The translations under genes and the position numbers were made by a program. Positions 1 through 11,018 of a stretch of 64,000 nt of DNA are shown piece by piece. This stretch comes from Geopsychrobacteraceae bacterium (GTDB taxonomy: Bacteria > Desulfobacterota > Desulfuromonadia > Desulfuromonadales > Geopsychrobacteraceae): the NCBI GenBank assembly GCA_963676795.2, contig CAXXTB010000001.1, positions 1,088,001-1,152,000 of the forward strand. Reading direction: 5' to 3'. Below the pieces are notes generated by a model that was not told where the DNA came from, searched no databases, and worked only from the letters and a program-made list of their open reading frames with translations. The first letter of the stretch is position 1, and each line of letters opens with the position of its first letter.

Positions 1-239
1 ACCGTCCCCGGAGGTTCGCCGATATTGACTGCATCGAGCAGCAGCAGACTGTCGGCCCAGCCGATCAGATGAAGAAGGGCCAGCCCTTGAGTTCCACCGT
101 CGACAATCTGAAAGTTTTGCGTATCCGGATAGCGTTTTTGCAGTTCATAGGCCGCCTGAAGCCCGGCAGCATCATCGTTCATCAGCAGATTGCCGAGCCC
201 CAGGACGAGGAAATTGGATGTTCTGGTCGCTGTGGCCAT
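1..239 (-). CDS. hyaD: Hydrogenase maturation endopeptidase (HyaD/HybD family), N-terminal part; runs off the window edge
   Basis: Manual translation MATATRTSNFLVLGLGNLLMNDDAAG...IVDGGTQGLALL...LLLLDAV contains the GxGNxLxxDD and DGGT motifs; lies directly after the hydrogenase cytochrome b gene. Confidence 0.9.
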   Translation of the reverse strand, partial: MATATRTSNFLVLGLGNLLMNDDAAGLQAAYELQKRYPDTQNFQIVDGGTQGLALLHLIGWADSLLLLDAVNIGEPPGT

Positions 240-249
240 AGGTTTCCGT

Positions 250-948
250 TTACTGGCGTCTGTCCGGCTTCCAGCCGGAGAAGATCGAACTGACCTCGCC
301 CGACTTCGATTTGAAGTCGAACAGGACGACGCTGTAGATGTGGTTGATGACAAAACCGGCGATCAGGAACATCAGGATATAGTGGTAGAAGCGGATCCAC
401 TGGTTGCTGATCAGCGGAAAGATCCAGCCGGTGAGGGCGTAGAGAACGCCGTTCGGGTTGGCCTGCCCCCAGAGTGCGAAGCCGCTGAAGATCTGCAGGA
501 AGAACAGACCGAACAGCACCGTGTAGGCGACAAAGGCGACCGGGTTGTGGCCGAGGATATGCGGGGTATCCTTACCGAGGAAGGTGTAGTACTTGATGAA
601 GGTGAAGAAGGTGTCGCGATCCTTCTTGTTGAGCGGGTTCGGGCTGGCCTTGTAGGTGGCGTAGTAGTCGCCGGTCAGCCACCAGAACAGCCGGCCGAGG
701 ACACTGACGGTAAAGAGCACGCCGATGATGTAGTGGACGGTGCGCACTTCGCCCATCAGGTAGCTGTGGCGGCCGGCGACGATGAAGGGATCGTGGATGT
801 AGTAGCCGGTCGCCGAGAGGATGATGATGCAGAAGAAGTTAACCCAGTGAATGATCCGGATCGGGCCTTCCCAGATATAGAGAAAACGCCGCGCCGCACA
901 TTCGTAGGTCGGTTCCGATTGACTTTTGGGCACTGTTTTTTCAGCCAT
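250..948 (-). CDS. hyaC: NiFe hydrogenase b-type cytochrome subunit
   Basis: Four hydrophobic helices with haem-ligand His residues (RIIHWVN, RTVHY, RFYHY, INHIY) and a GHNP motif; position in the hydrogenase operon. Confidence 0.93.
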   Translation of the reverse strand: MAEKTVPKSQSEPTYECAARRFLYIWEGPIRIIHWVNFFCIIILSATGYYIHDPFIVAGRHSYLMGEVRTVHYIIGVLFTVSVLGRLFWWLTGDYYATYKASPNPLNKKDRDTFFTFIKYYTFLGKDTPHILGHNPVAFVAYTVLFGLFFLQIFSGFALWGQANPNGVLYALTGWIFPLISNQWIRFYHYILMFLIAGFVINHIYSVVLFDFKSKSGEVSSIFSGWKPDRRQ

Positions 949-965
949 CGTCCATCTCCTTCAAA

Positions 966-2678
966 CTAGAGAATCTTCGCCTTTGATCTCAAGCGGCCCT
1001 TGTCGTCATAGAGGTGTACGGCGCAGGCCAGGCAGGGGTCGAAGGAATGCATGGTGCGCAGAATCTCCAGCGGCCGTTCCGGATCGGCGATCGGCGTCCC
1101 GATCAGCGACTCTTCGTACTGGCCGCGGGTCCCGCTCGCATCGCGCGGCCCGGCATTCCAGGTGGAAGGCACGACCGCCTGGTAGTTCTTGATATTCTTG
1201 TCCTCGATGACGATCCAGTGCCCCAGGGCGCCGCGTGGTGCTTCGTGGAAGCCGTACCCCTTGGCATATTTCGGCCAGGTTGAAGGTTCCCACTTCTCAC
1301 CGTTGTGGGCGCTTAAATCGCCGGTCTTGATGTTGGCCACCAGCATGTCGAGCCACTGGAACGTTTTGTCGATCAAGAGCTGGGTCTCAATGGCACGCGC
1401 GGCGGTGCGGCCGAGGGTTGAGAACAATACCTCCGGTCCTACGCCCAGGGCTTGCAGCAGGCCGCCGACCGCCGGTTTGATCTCCTTGTGATCGCTGGCG
1501 TAGCCGATCAGCATGCGCGACAGCGGACCGACCTCCATCGCCTGATTGTCGTAGCGCGGCGACTTGATCCAGCTGTACTTGTTGTCGATATCGAGATACT
1601 CATAGGGCGGTTGCGGGCCGGTGTAGTTCCAGGCGGTTTCGCCGTCCCAGGGATGCTTGCTGCTGTCGTTGCCGCTGGCGTAGTCGTACCAGGAATGGGT
1701 GACATACTCGGTGACCTTCTCATGGCTGACCGGGTGGATCTTGCTCAGGTCGCCACCCAGGATGACGCCGGCCGGGAACCAGGAGCCTTCGGGATAGCCG
1801 CGCTGATCGTCAGGGTAGTCGCCGTAGGAGAGGTAGTTCTTGTGGCCGGTGCCGATGGCCGCCCAGTCGAGGTAGAAGGGCGCGACGGCGATGATGTCGG
1901 GGATGTAGACCCTGTCGATAAATTCCTTGGCCATCTGCAGGTACTTGCGGATCTGCGCAATCCGGTCGGCGTTGAGGGCATTCTGGCTGTTCGGATCGAT
2001 CGGTACCGCCATGCCGCCGACCAGGAAGGTCTGGGTGTGCGGGTTTTTCGAACCTAAGATCGCATGGATTTTGACCAGCTCCTTCTGGACCTCCAGCGCT
2101 TCCAGGTAGTGGGCGACGGCCATCAGGTTGGCCTCTGGCGGCAGTTTCATCGCCGGGTGCCCCCAGTAGCCGTTGGCAAAGGGGCCGAGCTTGCCGGTCT
2201 TGACGAAGCTGGCGACGCGCTTCTGTATTCCGGCGAAGTAATCCGCGCCGGAGAATTTCCAGTCCGAAATCGCCCCTTGCAGCGCCGCGGTTTTGACCGG
2301 GTCGGCTTCAAGGGCGGAGACGATATCGACCCAGTCGAGGGCATGCAGGTGGTAGAAGTGAACGATATGGTCATGGATACACTGGACGCTGGCGATGATG
2401 TTGCGGATCATCTCGGCATTGAACGGAATCTTGATCTGCAGGGCGTTTTCGACGGCGCGGATCGAGGCGAGCGAATGGACCGTGGTACAGACCCCGCAGA
2501 AGCGTTGGACAAAGTACCAGGCGTCACGCGGATCACGGTTCTGCAGGATCCGTTCGATGCCGCGGAACATGGTCGAGCTCGACCAGGCATCGACGATATG
2601 GCCGTTCTCTATCCTGGCCTCGATGCGCAGGTGCCCTTCGATGCGGGTGACGGGATCAACAACGATACGTTTCGACAT
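966..2678 (-). CDS. hyaB: NiFe uptake hydrogenase large subunit (group 1)
   Basis: DPVTRIEGH start, L1 RFCGVC and L2 DPCLACAVH motifs followed by a cleavable C-terminal tail. Confidence 0.97.
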   Translation of the reverse strand: MSKRIVVDPVTRIEGHLRIEARIENGHIVDAWSSSTMFRGIERILQNRDPRDAWYFVQRFCGVCTTVHSLASIRAVENALQIKIPFNAEMIRNIIASVQCIHDHIVHFYHLHALDWVDIVSALEADPVKTAALQGAISDWKFSGADYFAGIQKRVASFVKTGKLGPFANGYWGHPAMKLPPEANLMAVAHYLEALEVQKELVKIHAILGSKNPHTQTFLVGGMAVPIDPNSQNALNADRIAQIRKYLQMAKEFIDRVYIPDIIAVAPFYLDWAAIGTGHKNYLSYGDYPDDQRGYPEGSWFPAGVILGGDLSKIHPVSHEKVTEYVTHSWYDYASGNDSSKHPWDGETAWNYTGPQPPYEYLDIDNKYSWIKSPRYDNQAMEVGPLSRMLIGYASDHKEIKPAVGGLLQALGVGPEVLFSTLGRTAARAIETQLLIDKTFQWLDMLVANIKTGDLSAHNGEKWEPSTWPKYAKGYGFHEAPRGALGHWIVIEDKNIKNYQAVVPSTWNAGPRDASGTRGQYEESLIGTPIADPERPLEILRTMHSFDPCLACAVHLYDDKGRLRSKAKIL

Positions 2679-2692
2679 ATGAGGTTCCCTCC

Positions 2693-3808
2693 CTATTCGT
2701 CAGCTTGCTCACTGGTTTCAGCGATATCGCGTGATTCCTTGCGTGCTTTCTGGGTTTTTTTCCAGTTTCTGGCCACGGTGACCACTCCGTGGGTGCCGAA
2801 GATCGCCGCCGAGGCGATGACCACGCCGGCACCGATGTTGGTGGCGGTCGCTTCGACACCGAAGCCCGGAACATTCGGCAGACGTTTGTACATCGGCATC
2901 ATGGTGTCGAAAAAACCCGGCTCGCTGCAGCCGGCGCAGCCGTGCCCTGCCATGACCGGCCAGCTGGTGCCGCCGTTCCAGCGTGTGGTCGGGCAGTTGT
3001 GGAAGGTTTCCGGGCCTTTGCAGCCCATCTGGTAAAGGCACCACCCCTGTTTGTGGGCTTCGTCGCCCCATTCCCTGACATACTGGCCGGCGTCGAAGTG
3101 GGCACGCCGTTCGCAGTTGTCGTGGATCCGTTTGCCGTAGGCGAATTTGGGGCGGCCGAGGTTGTCAAGGGCGGGAGGCGCGCCGAAGGTCAGCAGGTGA
3201 ACAATGGTCGCTGTCAGGTTGTCGACATTCATCGGGCAGCCGGGCAGATTAATGACGGTCTTTCCACCGAGGATGTCGCTGACCGAGGCCGCGTCGGTCG
3301 GGTTCGGGTAGGCGGCCGGTATCCCACCATAGGAGGCACAGGTCCCGACAGCAATGACCGCGGCGGCATGGCCGCCGACCTCTCTGGTGATATCGAGTGC
3401 CGAGCGGCCGCCAACGGTGCAGAAGGCGCCACCGGCTCCGGTCGGGATCGAGCCTTCGATGATGCAGATATATTTGCCCTTGTAGTGTTCCAGGGTTGCC
3501 TGCATGCTCGCCTCGGCCTGGTGGCCTGACGCCGCCATGATGGTCTCCTGGTAGTCGAGAGAGATATAGTCGAAGATCAGATCGGCTACGGTCGGACTGT
3601 TGGCGCGCAGCAGCGATTCCGAATCGCCGGCACAATCCTGGAATTCCAGCCAGATGACCGGCGGCCGATTGTCATCTTCGATGGCAGCTGCTATCTTTGC
3701 GGAAAAGGTCCCGGGCAGGGCGAGCATGGCACCGAGAGCCGAGCAGTACTTGAGGAAGTCTCTGCGTGACACGCCGTTGTTGGAGAGGATCTCATTGAAC
3801 TCGGTCAT
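2693..3808 (-). CDS. hyaA: NiFe hydrogenase small subunit with Tat signal and C-terminal membrane anchor
   Basis: SRRDFLKYC twin-arginine signal; Fe-S motifs (GCP, HDNCERR, CLYQMGCKGP); hydrophobic C-terminus. Confidence 0.97.
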   Translation of the reverse strand: MTEFNEILSNNGVSRRDFLKYCSALGAMLALPGTFSAKIAAAIEDDNRPPVIWLEFQDCAGDSESLLRANSPTVADLIFDYISLDYQETIMAASGHQAEASMQATLEHYKGKYICIIEGSIPTGAGGAFCTVGGRSALDITREVGGHAAAVIAVGTCASYGGIPAAYPNPTDAASVSDILGGKTVINLPGCPMNVDNLTATIVHLLTFGAPPALDNLGRPKFAYGKRIHDNCERRAHFDAGQYVREWGDEAHKQGWCLYQMGCKGPETFHNCPTTRWNGGTSWPVMAGHGCAGCSEPGFFDTMMPMYKRLPNVPGFGVEATATNIGAGVVIASAAIFGTHGVVTVARNWKKTQKARKESRDIAETSEQADE

Positions 3809-3844
3809 CTGTTCCTCCTTGACGCAAATTGATGGGCTTATAAA

Positions 3845-3872
3845 AATTTATCAGAATACTTTGCTATGTCAA
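3845..3872 (-). promoter_or_regulatory. Putative sigma70 promoter of the hydrogenase operon
   Basis: Minus strand TTGACA-N16-TAAATT with a TG extended -10. Confidence 0.4.
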
Positions 3873-3904
3873 ATAAGTGCGCAATAACAGGAGGTTGTGT
3901 GCAT

Positions 3905-4144
3905 ATGCCGATAAGGTTTCTGGGTGTTTTCGTATTGCTGGCCCTGACCGCCTGTGACCAACCGGTTCCGCTTCTCGAACATAAATGCGGATCATGTCAT
4001 ACGACAAAGCAGATCTTCAGCCAGCGGCGTACTCCGGAGGGGTGGCGACAGGTTATTCACGGTATGAAACTGCGCGGTCTTAAGTTGACTGCCGAAGAGG
4101 AAGAGCAGATATTGAAGATTCTCGATGAGAACTATGGATTGTAA
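3905..4144 (+). CDS. Small monohaem c-type cytochrome, probable lipoprotein
   Basis: Hydrophobic signal ending LALTAC (lipobox-like), one CGSCH haem motif and a distal Met; GGAGG RBS upstream (start could be GTG at 3899). Confidence 0.75.
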   Translation: MPIRFLGVFVLLALTACDQPVPLLEHKCGSCHTTKQIFSQRRTPEGWRQVIHGMKLRGLKLTAEEEEQILKILDENYGL

Positions 4145-4181
4145 TTTCTCTTATGATTGAACCTGAAAATCAGGAGCACTG

Positions 4182-5114
4182 ATGAGCGGACTTGCGGATA
4201 TTTTAGCTGAACAGCCATGCGTTATTCTGGACGGAGCTTTTGCCACTGAGCTGGAAAAGCGGGGCTGCGACCTGAACGACCCCCTCTGGTCGGCCAAGGT
4301 GCTGATGGAGCAGCCGGAACTGATCGCCGCTGTGCATCAGGATTATTTCAATGCCGGGGCCGACTGCACCATCACTGCCAGCTATCAGGCGACCTACGAA
4401 GGGTTTATGGCGCGTGGCCTGAGTGAAGCTGAGGCGGAAGCTCTCATTGTCCGGGCTGTCAGCGTCGCCTGCCAGGCACGCGATGACTTCTGGCAAACGG
4501 CCGATCAGACTGGTAGACGGCGTCCTCTGGTTGCGGCCTCGGTCGGACCCTACGGGGCCTTTCTCGCCGATGGTTCGGAGTATCGCGGCAACTATGCGCT
4601 GAATGAAGACCAGCTGGTCGAATTTCACCGCCGGCGCTTCATGACCCTCGCCACAGCCGGGGCTGATCTGCTCGCCTGCGAGACGATCCCCTGTTTTGCA
4701 GAGGCCAGGGCTCTGGCCCGTCTCTTGAGCGAAGTTCCCCAAGCCAGCGCCTGGATCAGCTTTACCGCCAGGGACGGACTGCACACCCGCCAGGGGGAGA
4801 AGATCCGCGACTGTTCCGCCTGGCTGGATGGTTATGAGCAGGTCGAGGCGATCGGCATCAACTGTACCGAGCCGCGCTATGTCAGTGAATTGATCAGTGA
4901 GATCCGTGCTGCGACGCAGAAACCGATTGTCGTTTACCCCAATTCCGGTGAGATCTACGATCCTGTAGGCAAGAGCTGGTTTGCCGCACCGGCTGAAAAT
5001 TTCGCCATGATGGCCAGGGAATGGTTTGCCGCCGGAGCTCGTATCATCGGCGGTTGCTGTCGAACCGGTCCGAATGAGATTCGCGCAATTAGGCACGAAC
5101 TGGTTTCTGGCTAG
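4182..5114 (+). CDS. mmuM: Homocysteine S-methyltransferase
   Basis: LDGAFATELE, DPLWSAKVL, GINC and IIGGCCRTGP zinc-binding motifs. Confidence 0.93.
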   Translation: MSGLADILAEQPCVILDGAFATELEKRGCDLNDPLWSAKVLMEQPELIAAVHQDYFNAGADCTITASYQATYEGFMARGLSEAEAEALIVRAVSVACQARDDFWQTADQTGRRRPLVAASVGPYGAFLADGSEYRGNYALNEDQLVEFHRRRFMTLATAGADLLACETIPCFAEARALARLLSEVPQASAWISFTARDGLHTRQGEKIRDCSAWLDGYEQVEAIGINCTEPRYVSELISEIRAATQKPIVVYPNSGEIYDPVGKSWFAAPAENFAMMAREWFAAGARIIGGCCRTGPNEIRAIRHELVSG

Positions 5115-5231
5115 GAGTTACTTTTTATACGGAAACGGCTCTCTAAGCCCCCCCCTGCTCGCAAGCTCGCTTTCCCCCTGTTTTATAGGGGGGATTGAGG
5201 GGGGTGTTTTGAAAAGCCTGTGATTTAAACA

Positions 5232-5268
5232 CAAAAAGGCTGCGTCATGCACCGACGCAGCCTTTTTG
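5232..5268. terminator. Bidirectional intrinsic terminator between convergent mmuM and MFS genes
   Basis: CAAAAAGGCTGCGTC-loop-GACGCAGCCTTTTTG inverted repeat with A and T tails. Confidence 0.85.
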
Positions 5269-5293
5269 CATTCAAGCTCTTAATTGGGGACGA

Positions 5294-6640
5294 TTAAGCC
5301 GCTTTTTTCATCTCGTAAGTGGTTTCTGCGTCCGCACCTTTGAGTCCGGCGTTCCAGTCTTTGTTGTACTTGTGCTCGTTGACGATGGAGACCAGAGCGA
5401 CATTCACCAGGGCGACGCCGGCAAAGATCATGTAGGCGACGGAGAGGTTGCCGATGACGTTGGTGACGATGCCGTTGACGATGAAGCAGAGGGCGGTGAC
5501 CAGGCCCTGCATCGGGAAGATAACGGCGTTGACCTGGTCAAATCCCTGACGACCGAAGATCGAGGTTGGCAGAGAGGTGGTGAAGTTGGCCGAGCCACCG
5601 ATCCCCATACCGATCATGAAGATGGAGAGGTAGAAAGCGGGGCCGGTTGATGAGGACATGAAGTTCAGGGTCAGGGCCACGGCGTACCAGAGGCCGAACA
5701 GCTGCATGGTGCGCTTGGTGCCGATGCGGTCGTCGATGATGCCGATCAGCCAGGAGCCGACAACGCCGATCAGGGCGATAACGGTCATCAGGGCGAGCGC
5801 TTTACCGAGCGGCATGCCGAAGTCACGGATGTTACGGGTGACCAGCTGAACCATGACACCAACAGAACAGATCTGGAATGCGCCGGTGGTAATTGCGGCC
5901 AGCCAGGTTTCACGTTTGCTCAGCAGTTTACCAACGGTCCATTCATTAGAAGGCTTGGTTCCCGGCTCACAGTGAGTGTCATCACAGTAGTACTCAGTAC
6001 GGTAGGTTTCGTCAGAAACATTGTCCGGATTCATGCCACGCTCAACCGGGGTATTGCGGACGAAGATGGCACCGATGACGCCAAGGATGATGGCTGCGAT
6101 ACCGATTGGCACACTACCGCCGGTGATGTTGCCGAAGGTGGCGACCAGGCCAGTCAGGATGGCGACGTAAAAGGCGGATGCCAGGTTGTGACCCATGGTG
6201 GTATAGCCCATGACGATTCCCTTCTTTTTCGGGAACCAGGAAGCAACCAGGGTGCCGCCGGAGATATAGCCTGCTGACATGATACCGGTGACGACGACGC
6301 ACATGAACGCGAAATACATGCCAACACTTACCGCGTTGGCGCAGGCAATGTAGGCGATACCGGAGATGATTGTGGCGATGGAAGAGGTTGCGCGAGGGCC
6401 GAATTTGCGGTTGAGCTGGCCGACAATGATAAAGCCGATGACGCCGACGATACCGGCATAGCCGTTCATCTGGATGATGGTACCCAGGTTGACGCCGAGA
6501 TTTTCAGCGACGGTCGGTGCCATGACGTTGGTTCCGTCATTGACCATACCGACATAAAAGAAAAACATGAACAGGCAGTAGATGATGGTGCCCCAGCCTG
6601 CCTTGCCAAAGTTGAATACCGAATTCTTCTGTTTACTCAT
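5294..6640 (-). CDS. Major facilitator superfamily transporter, substrate unknown
   Basis: About 12 hydrophobic segments; motif A-like GQLNRKFGPR and GIIDDRIGTK; WFPKKKG loop. Confidence 0.88.
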   Translation of the reverse strand: MSKQKNSVFNFGKAGWGTIIYCLFMFFFYVGMVNDGTNVMAPTVAENLGVNLGTIIQMNGYAGIVGVIGFIIVGQLNRKFGPRATSSIATIISGIAYIACANAVSVGMYFAFMCVVVTGIMSAGYISGGTLVASWFPKKKGIVMGYTTMGHNLASAFYVAILTGLVATFGNITGGSVPIGIAAIILGVIGAIFVRNTPVERGMNPDNVSDETYRTEYYCDDTHCEPGTKPSNEWTVGKLLSKRETWLAAITTGAFQICSVGVMVQLVTRNIRDFGMPLGKALALMTVIALIGVVGSWLIGIIDDRIGTKRTMQLFGLWYAVALTLNFMSSSTGPAFYLSIFMIGMGIGGSANFTTSLPTSIFGRQGFDQVNAVIFPMQGLVTALCFIVNGIVTNVIGNLSVAYMIFAGVALVNVALVSIVNEHKYNKDWNAGLKGADAETTYEMKKAA

Positions 6641-7157
6641 ACCTTCTCCTTTTTGTTAGCTCTAAACGTTCCGGTTGCTTTGGGACCGTTGCGAACATCT
6701 ATTCAGGGTCCTGTCTCCCTTGACCGCACCTCCCTTTTGCCGGTGAAGAGGAAAGAGGTACCTTGCGTAGTCCTGAGTGTCTTATTCGCGGTTTGTTCGT
6801 TGTGCCTTTGTACAGTGCTCAGGTAAAGGACGTTTGTGCCTATGTAAAGGCGAGGTAAATGTTTTGAAAATGCGTCTTATGGATTGTTAAGGTGACGGAA
6901 AATAGGCTGTTTTGAGTCAGGTCTTCCCCATGGGCCGGTCGAACTTGGAACCTTTGAGATTGAAGGTCGCCATGTTTTTGAGAACAAGGCAAGGGCTTGT
7001 CTGCGGGCTGATAACCTTTTCAGCCGGTCGATTTCCCGAAAGGGGGAGTGTTGCCGGTGCTCAGGCGGCCCGCTATGGCGTAGAGCATTAACAGGATAGT
7101 GAATTTGGAAACAGCGAACGGATCGGCAATTCTGTCGATCCGTTCGCTCTATGTCAT

Positions 7158-9116
<1,959 letters not shown>

Positions 9117-9236
9117 GGTCTGCCTCCGATAAAAAGGGGAGTTTTGCGGTCATGATTATCTGTTGATTTATATCATGCCGCATAAATATTTCAATCAACT
9201 TGAGGTCGGTCCGCAATAGTGGACACCATGTTATAG

Positions 9237-10109
9237 TCAGGCAGCCCCTTGCTGCCTGATGAATTTCTTCCAGTATGCCGCCGGGGAGAGATTGCCCAAG
9301 CTGGCATGTCGTCTCTGCCGATTGTAGAACATCTCGATATACTCTCTGATCTCAATGACAGCTTGCTGCCGGGTGCGATACTTCCGGTGGTGGACCAGTT
9401 CCCGTTTGAGCGTGCCGAAGAAGCTCTCCATCGAGGCGTTGTCCCAGCAGTTCCCCTTGCGGCTCATCGACGGCTTCATCTCGAATTGCTTCATCAGCTT
9501 CTGGTAGCGGCGCGAGCAATACTGGCTGCCGCGATCCGAATGGTGGATCAACCCTTTCGGTGGCCGCCGGGCAGCAACGGCGCGGAAGAGGGCGCGGCCA
9601 ACCAGGTCTTGCGTCATCCTATGGCTCATGGCGTAGCCGACGATTTCCCGGTTCCAGAGGTCCTTGATCGCCGCCAGGTAAAGCCAGCCTTCTTCGGTGG
9701 CGACATAGGTGATATCCGCCACCCAGGCCTTGTTCGGCCCTGATACTGCGAAATCCTGGTTCAGCAGATTCGGAGCAACCGGCAGCTTGTGGTTCGAGTC
9801 GGTGGTTGACTTGTACTTCTTAACCTGCTTGCATCGCAGGTCCATTTGGCGGCGCAGGCGCTTGATCCGGTTCAGCCCGACCTCGACCTTCTCGACGTCA
9901 AGCAGTTCATCCTGAATCTTCTCCGGCCCGTAGGCGCCTCGGCCCCGCTCATGGGCCGCCTTGATCGCCACTTTGAGTCGTTCGTCCTCCTGCTTGCGGG
10001 CTGACGGCTTGCGATTCTTCCAGGCATAGTAGCCGCTTTTCGATACGCCGAGTGTCCGGCACATCGGATCGACGGAGAAACCCTGCTCCTTGCGCAGCTC
10101 GTCGATCAT
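9237..10109 (-). CDS. IS3-family transposase OrfB (DDE domain)
   Basis: WVADITY, HHSDRGSQY and CWDNASMESFF motifs; ATGA overlap with the orfA stop. Confidence 0.95.
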   Translation of the reverse strand: MIDELRKEQGFSVDPMCRTLGVSKSGYYAWKNRKPSARKQEDERLKVAIKAAHERGRGAYGPEKIQDELLDVEKVEVGLNRIKRLRRQMDLRCKQVKKYKSTTDSNHKLPVAPNLLNQDFAVSGPNKAWVADITYVATEEGWLYLAAIKDLWNREIVGYAMSHRMTQDLVGRALFRAVAARRPPKGLIHHSDRGSQYCSRRYQKLMKQFEMKPSMSRKGNCWDNASMESFFGTLKRELVHHRKYRTRQQAVIEIREYIEMFYNRQRRHASLGNLSPAAYWKKFIRQQGAA

Positions 10110-10414
10110 CGCGTACCTCCCCGCGGCTCCTTTGCAAGGTACGCCATAGCCTTTTTTAGGATTTCCTTCTCCAGCCGGGCTTCGGCCAGCTCTTTCCGCA
10201 ACCGGGAGACCTCGGCCTCCAACTCAGATACGTTATGGCTGCCGTGGGCCTTTAGGCCGGTGGTGCCATGCTTCTTGATCCAGTTGCGCAGCGTCTGCTG
10301 CGATACGCTCAAACGCCGCCCAACTTCGGCAACCGTCAAGCCGCCATCGATGACTAGGCTGACGGCCTCCTCCTTGAATTCCAATGTGAAAAACTGCCTC
10401 GGTATGCGTTCCAA
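10106..10414 (-). CDS. IS3-family transposase OrfA (HTH and coiled coil)
   Basis: FTLEFKEEAV...LRNWIK HTH, leucine zipper-like segment and EILKKA end typical of IS3 OrfA. Confidence 0.93.
   Translation of the reverse strand: MERIPRQFFTLEFKEEAVSLVIDGGLTVAEVGRRLSVSQQTLRNWIKKHGTTGLKAHGSHNVSELEAEVSRLRKELAEARLEKEILKKAMAYLAKEPRGGTR
10151..10157 (-). other. -1 programmed ribosomal frameshift site A_AAA_AAG joining orfA to orfB
   Basis: ctA AAA AAG in the orfA frame, GGAG shortly upstream, and an open -1 frame (KKGYGVPCKGAAGRYAM) leading into orfB. Confidence 0.85.
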
Positions 10415-10754
10415 TGGACACCTCCTTGAGCCTCGCAGGCTATCAGATTGGTGTCCACTTTTTCCAGCCTACCTCAACTGGGGGTGGGGAGGGGTAGTTA
10501 ATTTGTCCTGTGCAGATAAGTCGACAAATGAAACGGTGTCACATGGCATGTTGGAGCAGATTTAGTTGTGGCTTGCACTGGGAGGAAGAATTGGTTATTT
10601 TTATAAGCAATTGAATTTAATGTATATTTCTTTTTTGGATGTTTTTTGAGGCTTTTGCCTGTCCTCTTTTTTTATGTATCTGTTTTTTAAGGTGGTTTCT
10701 GTTTTCTAATACGGTGTTTTTAATTGCTTGTCCAGACAAAGGAGTCAAGAAGTA

Positions 10755-10982
10755 ATGGATTCTCTGATTCAAGGTGTTGTGCTCATGATCATCGGTATGG
10801 CAACTGTCTTCGCGTTCCTTGTTTTGATGATCCTGGCCATAAACAGCTCAGCGGGATTTTTCCGCAAGTATGCTCACCTCTTTCCCGAAGAACATCCTGC
10901 AGTTCCTAAAAAAACGACCCTCACAAATCCGGATGTTGAAATTGCCGTGGCGTTGGCGGCCATCAGAGCCAAGCGCGGATAA
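10755..10982 (+). CDS. oadG: Oxaloacetate decarboxylase gamma subunit
   Basis: Single TM helix with GMATVFAFL, linker, EIAVALAAI tail; first gene before oadA; ATG at 10755 after GGAG. Confidence 0.85.
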   Translation: MDSLIQGVVLMIIGMATVFAFLVLMILAINSSAGFFRKYAHLFPEEHPAVPKKTTLTNPDVEIAVALAAIRAKRG

Positions 10983-11018
10983 ATCTTTTTGTAACTCCCA
11001 CACCCCAGGAGGAAGACC

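Larger units (their letters stand above)
9201..10476 (-). mobile_element. Complete IS3-family insertion sequence (1276 bp)
   Basis: Imperfect terminal IRs TGAGGTCGGTCCGCAATAGTGGACACCA (from 9201) and TGAGGTAGGCTGGAAAAAGTGGACACCA (reverse complement, ending 10476); TG...CA ends; target duplication ACT at 9198-9200 and 10477-10479; orfA/orfB pair. Confidence 0.96.

Noticed and set aside
966..1060. Possible NiFeSe hydrogenase, given the selenoprotein elsewhere in the window
   Set aside because: The L2 motif is DPCLAC with Cys codons and no in-frame UGA.
6641..7157. SAM or cobalamin riboswitch near mmuM/MFS
   Set aside because: No recognisable conserved riboswitch core by eye; an Rfam scan would be decisive.
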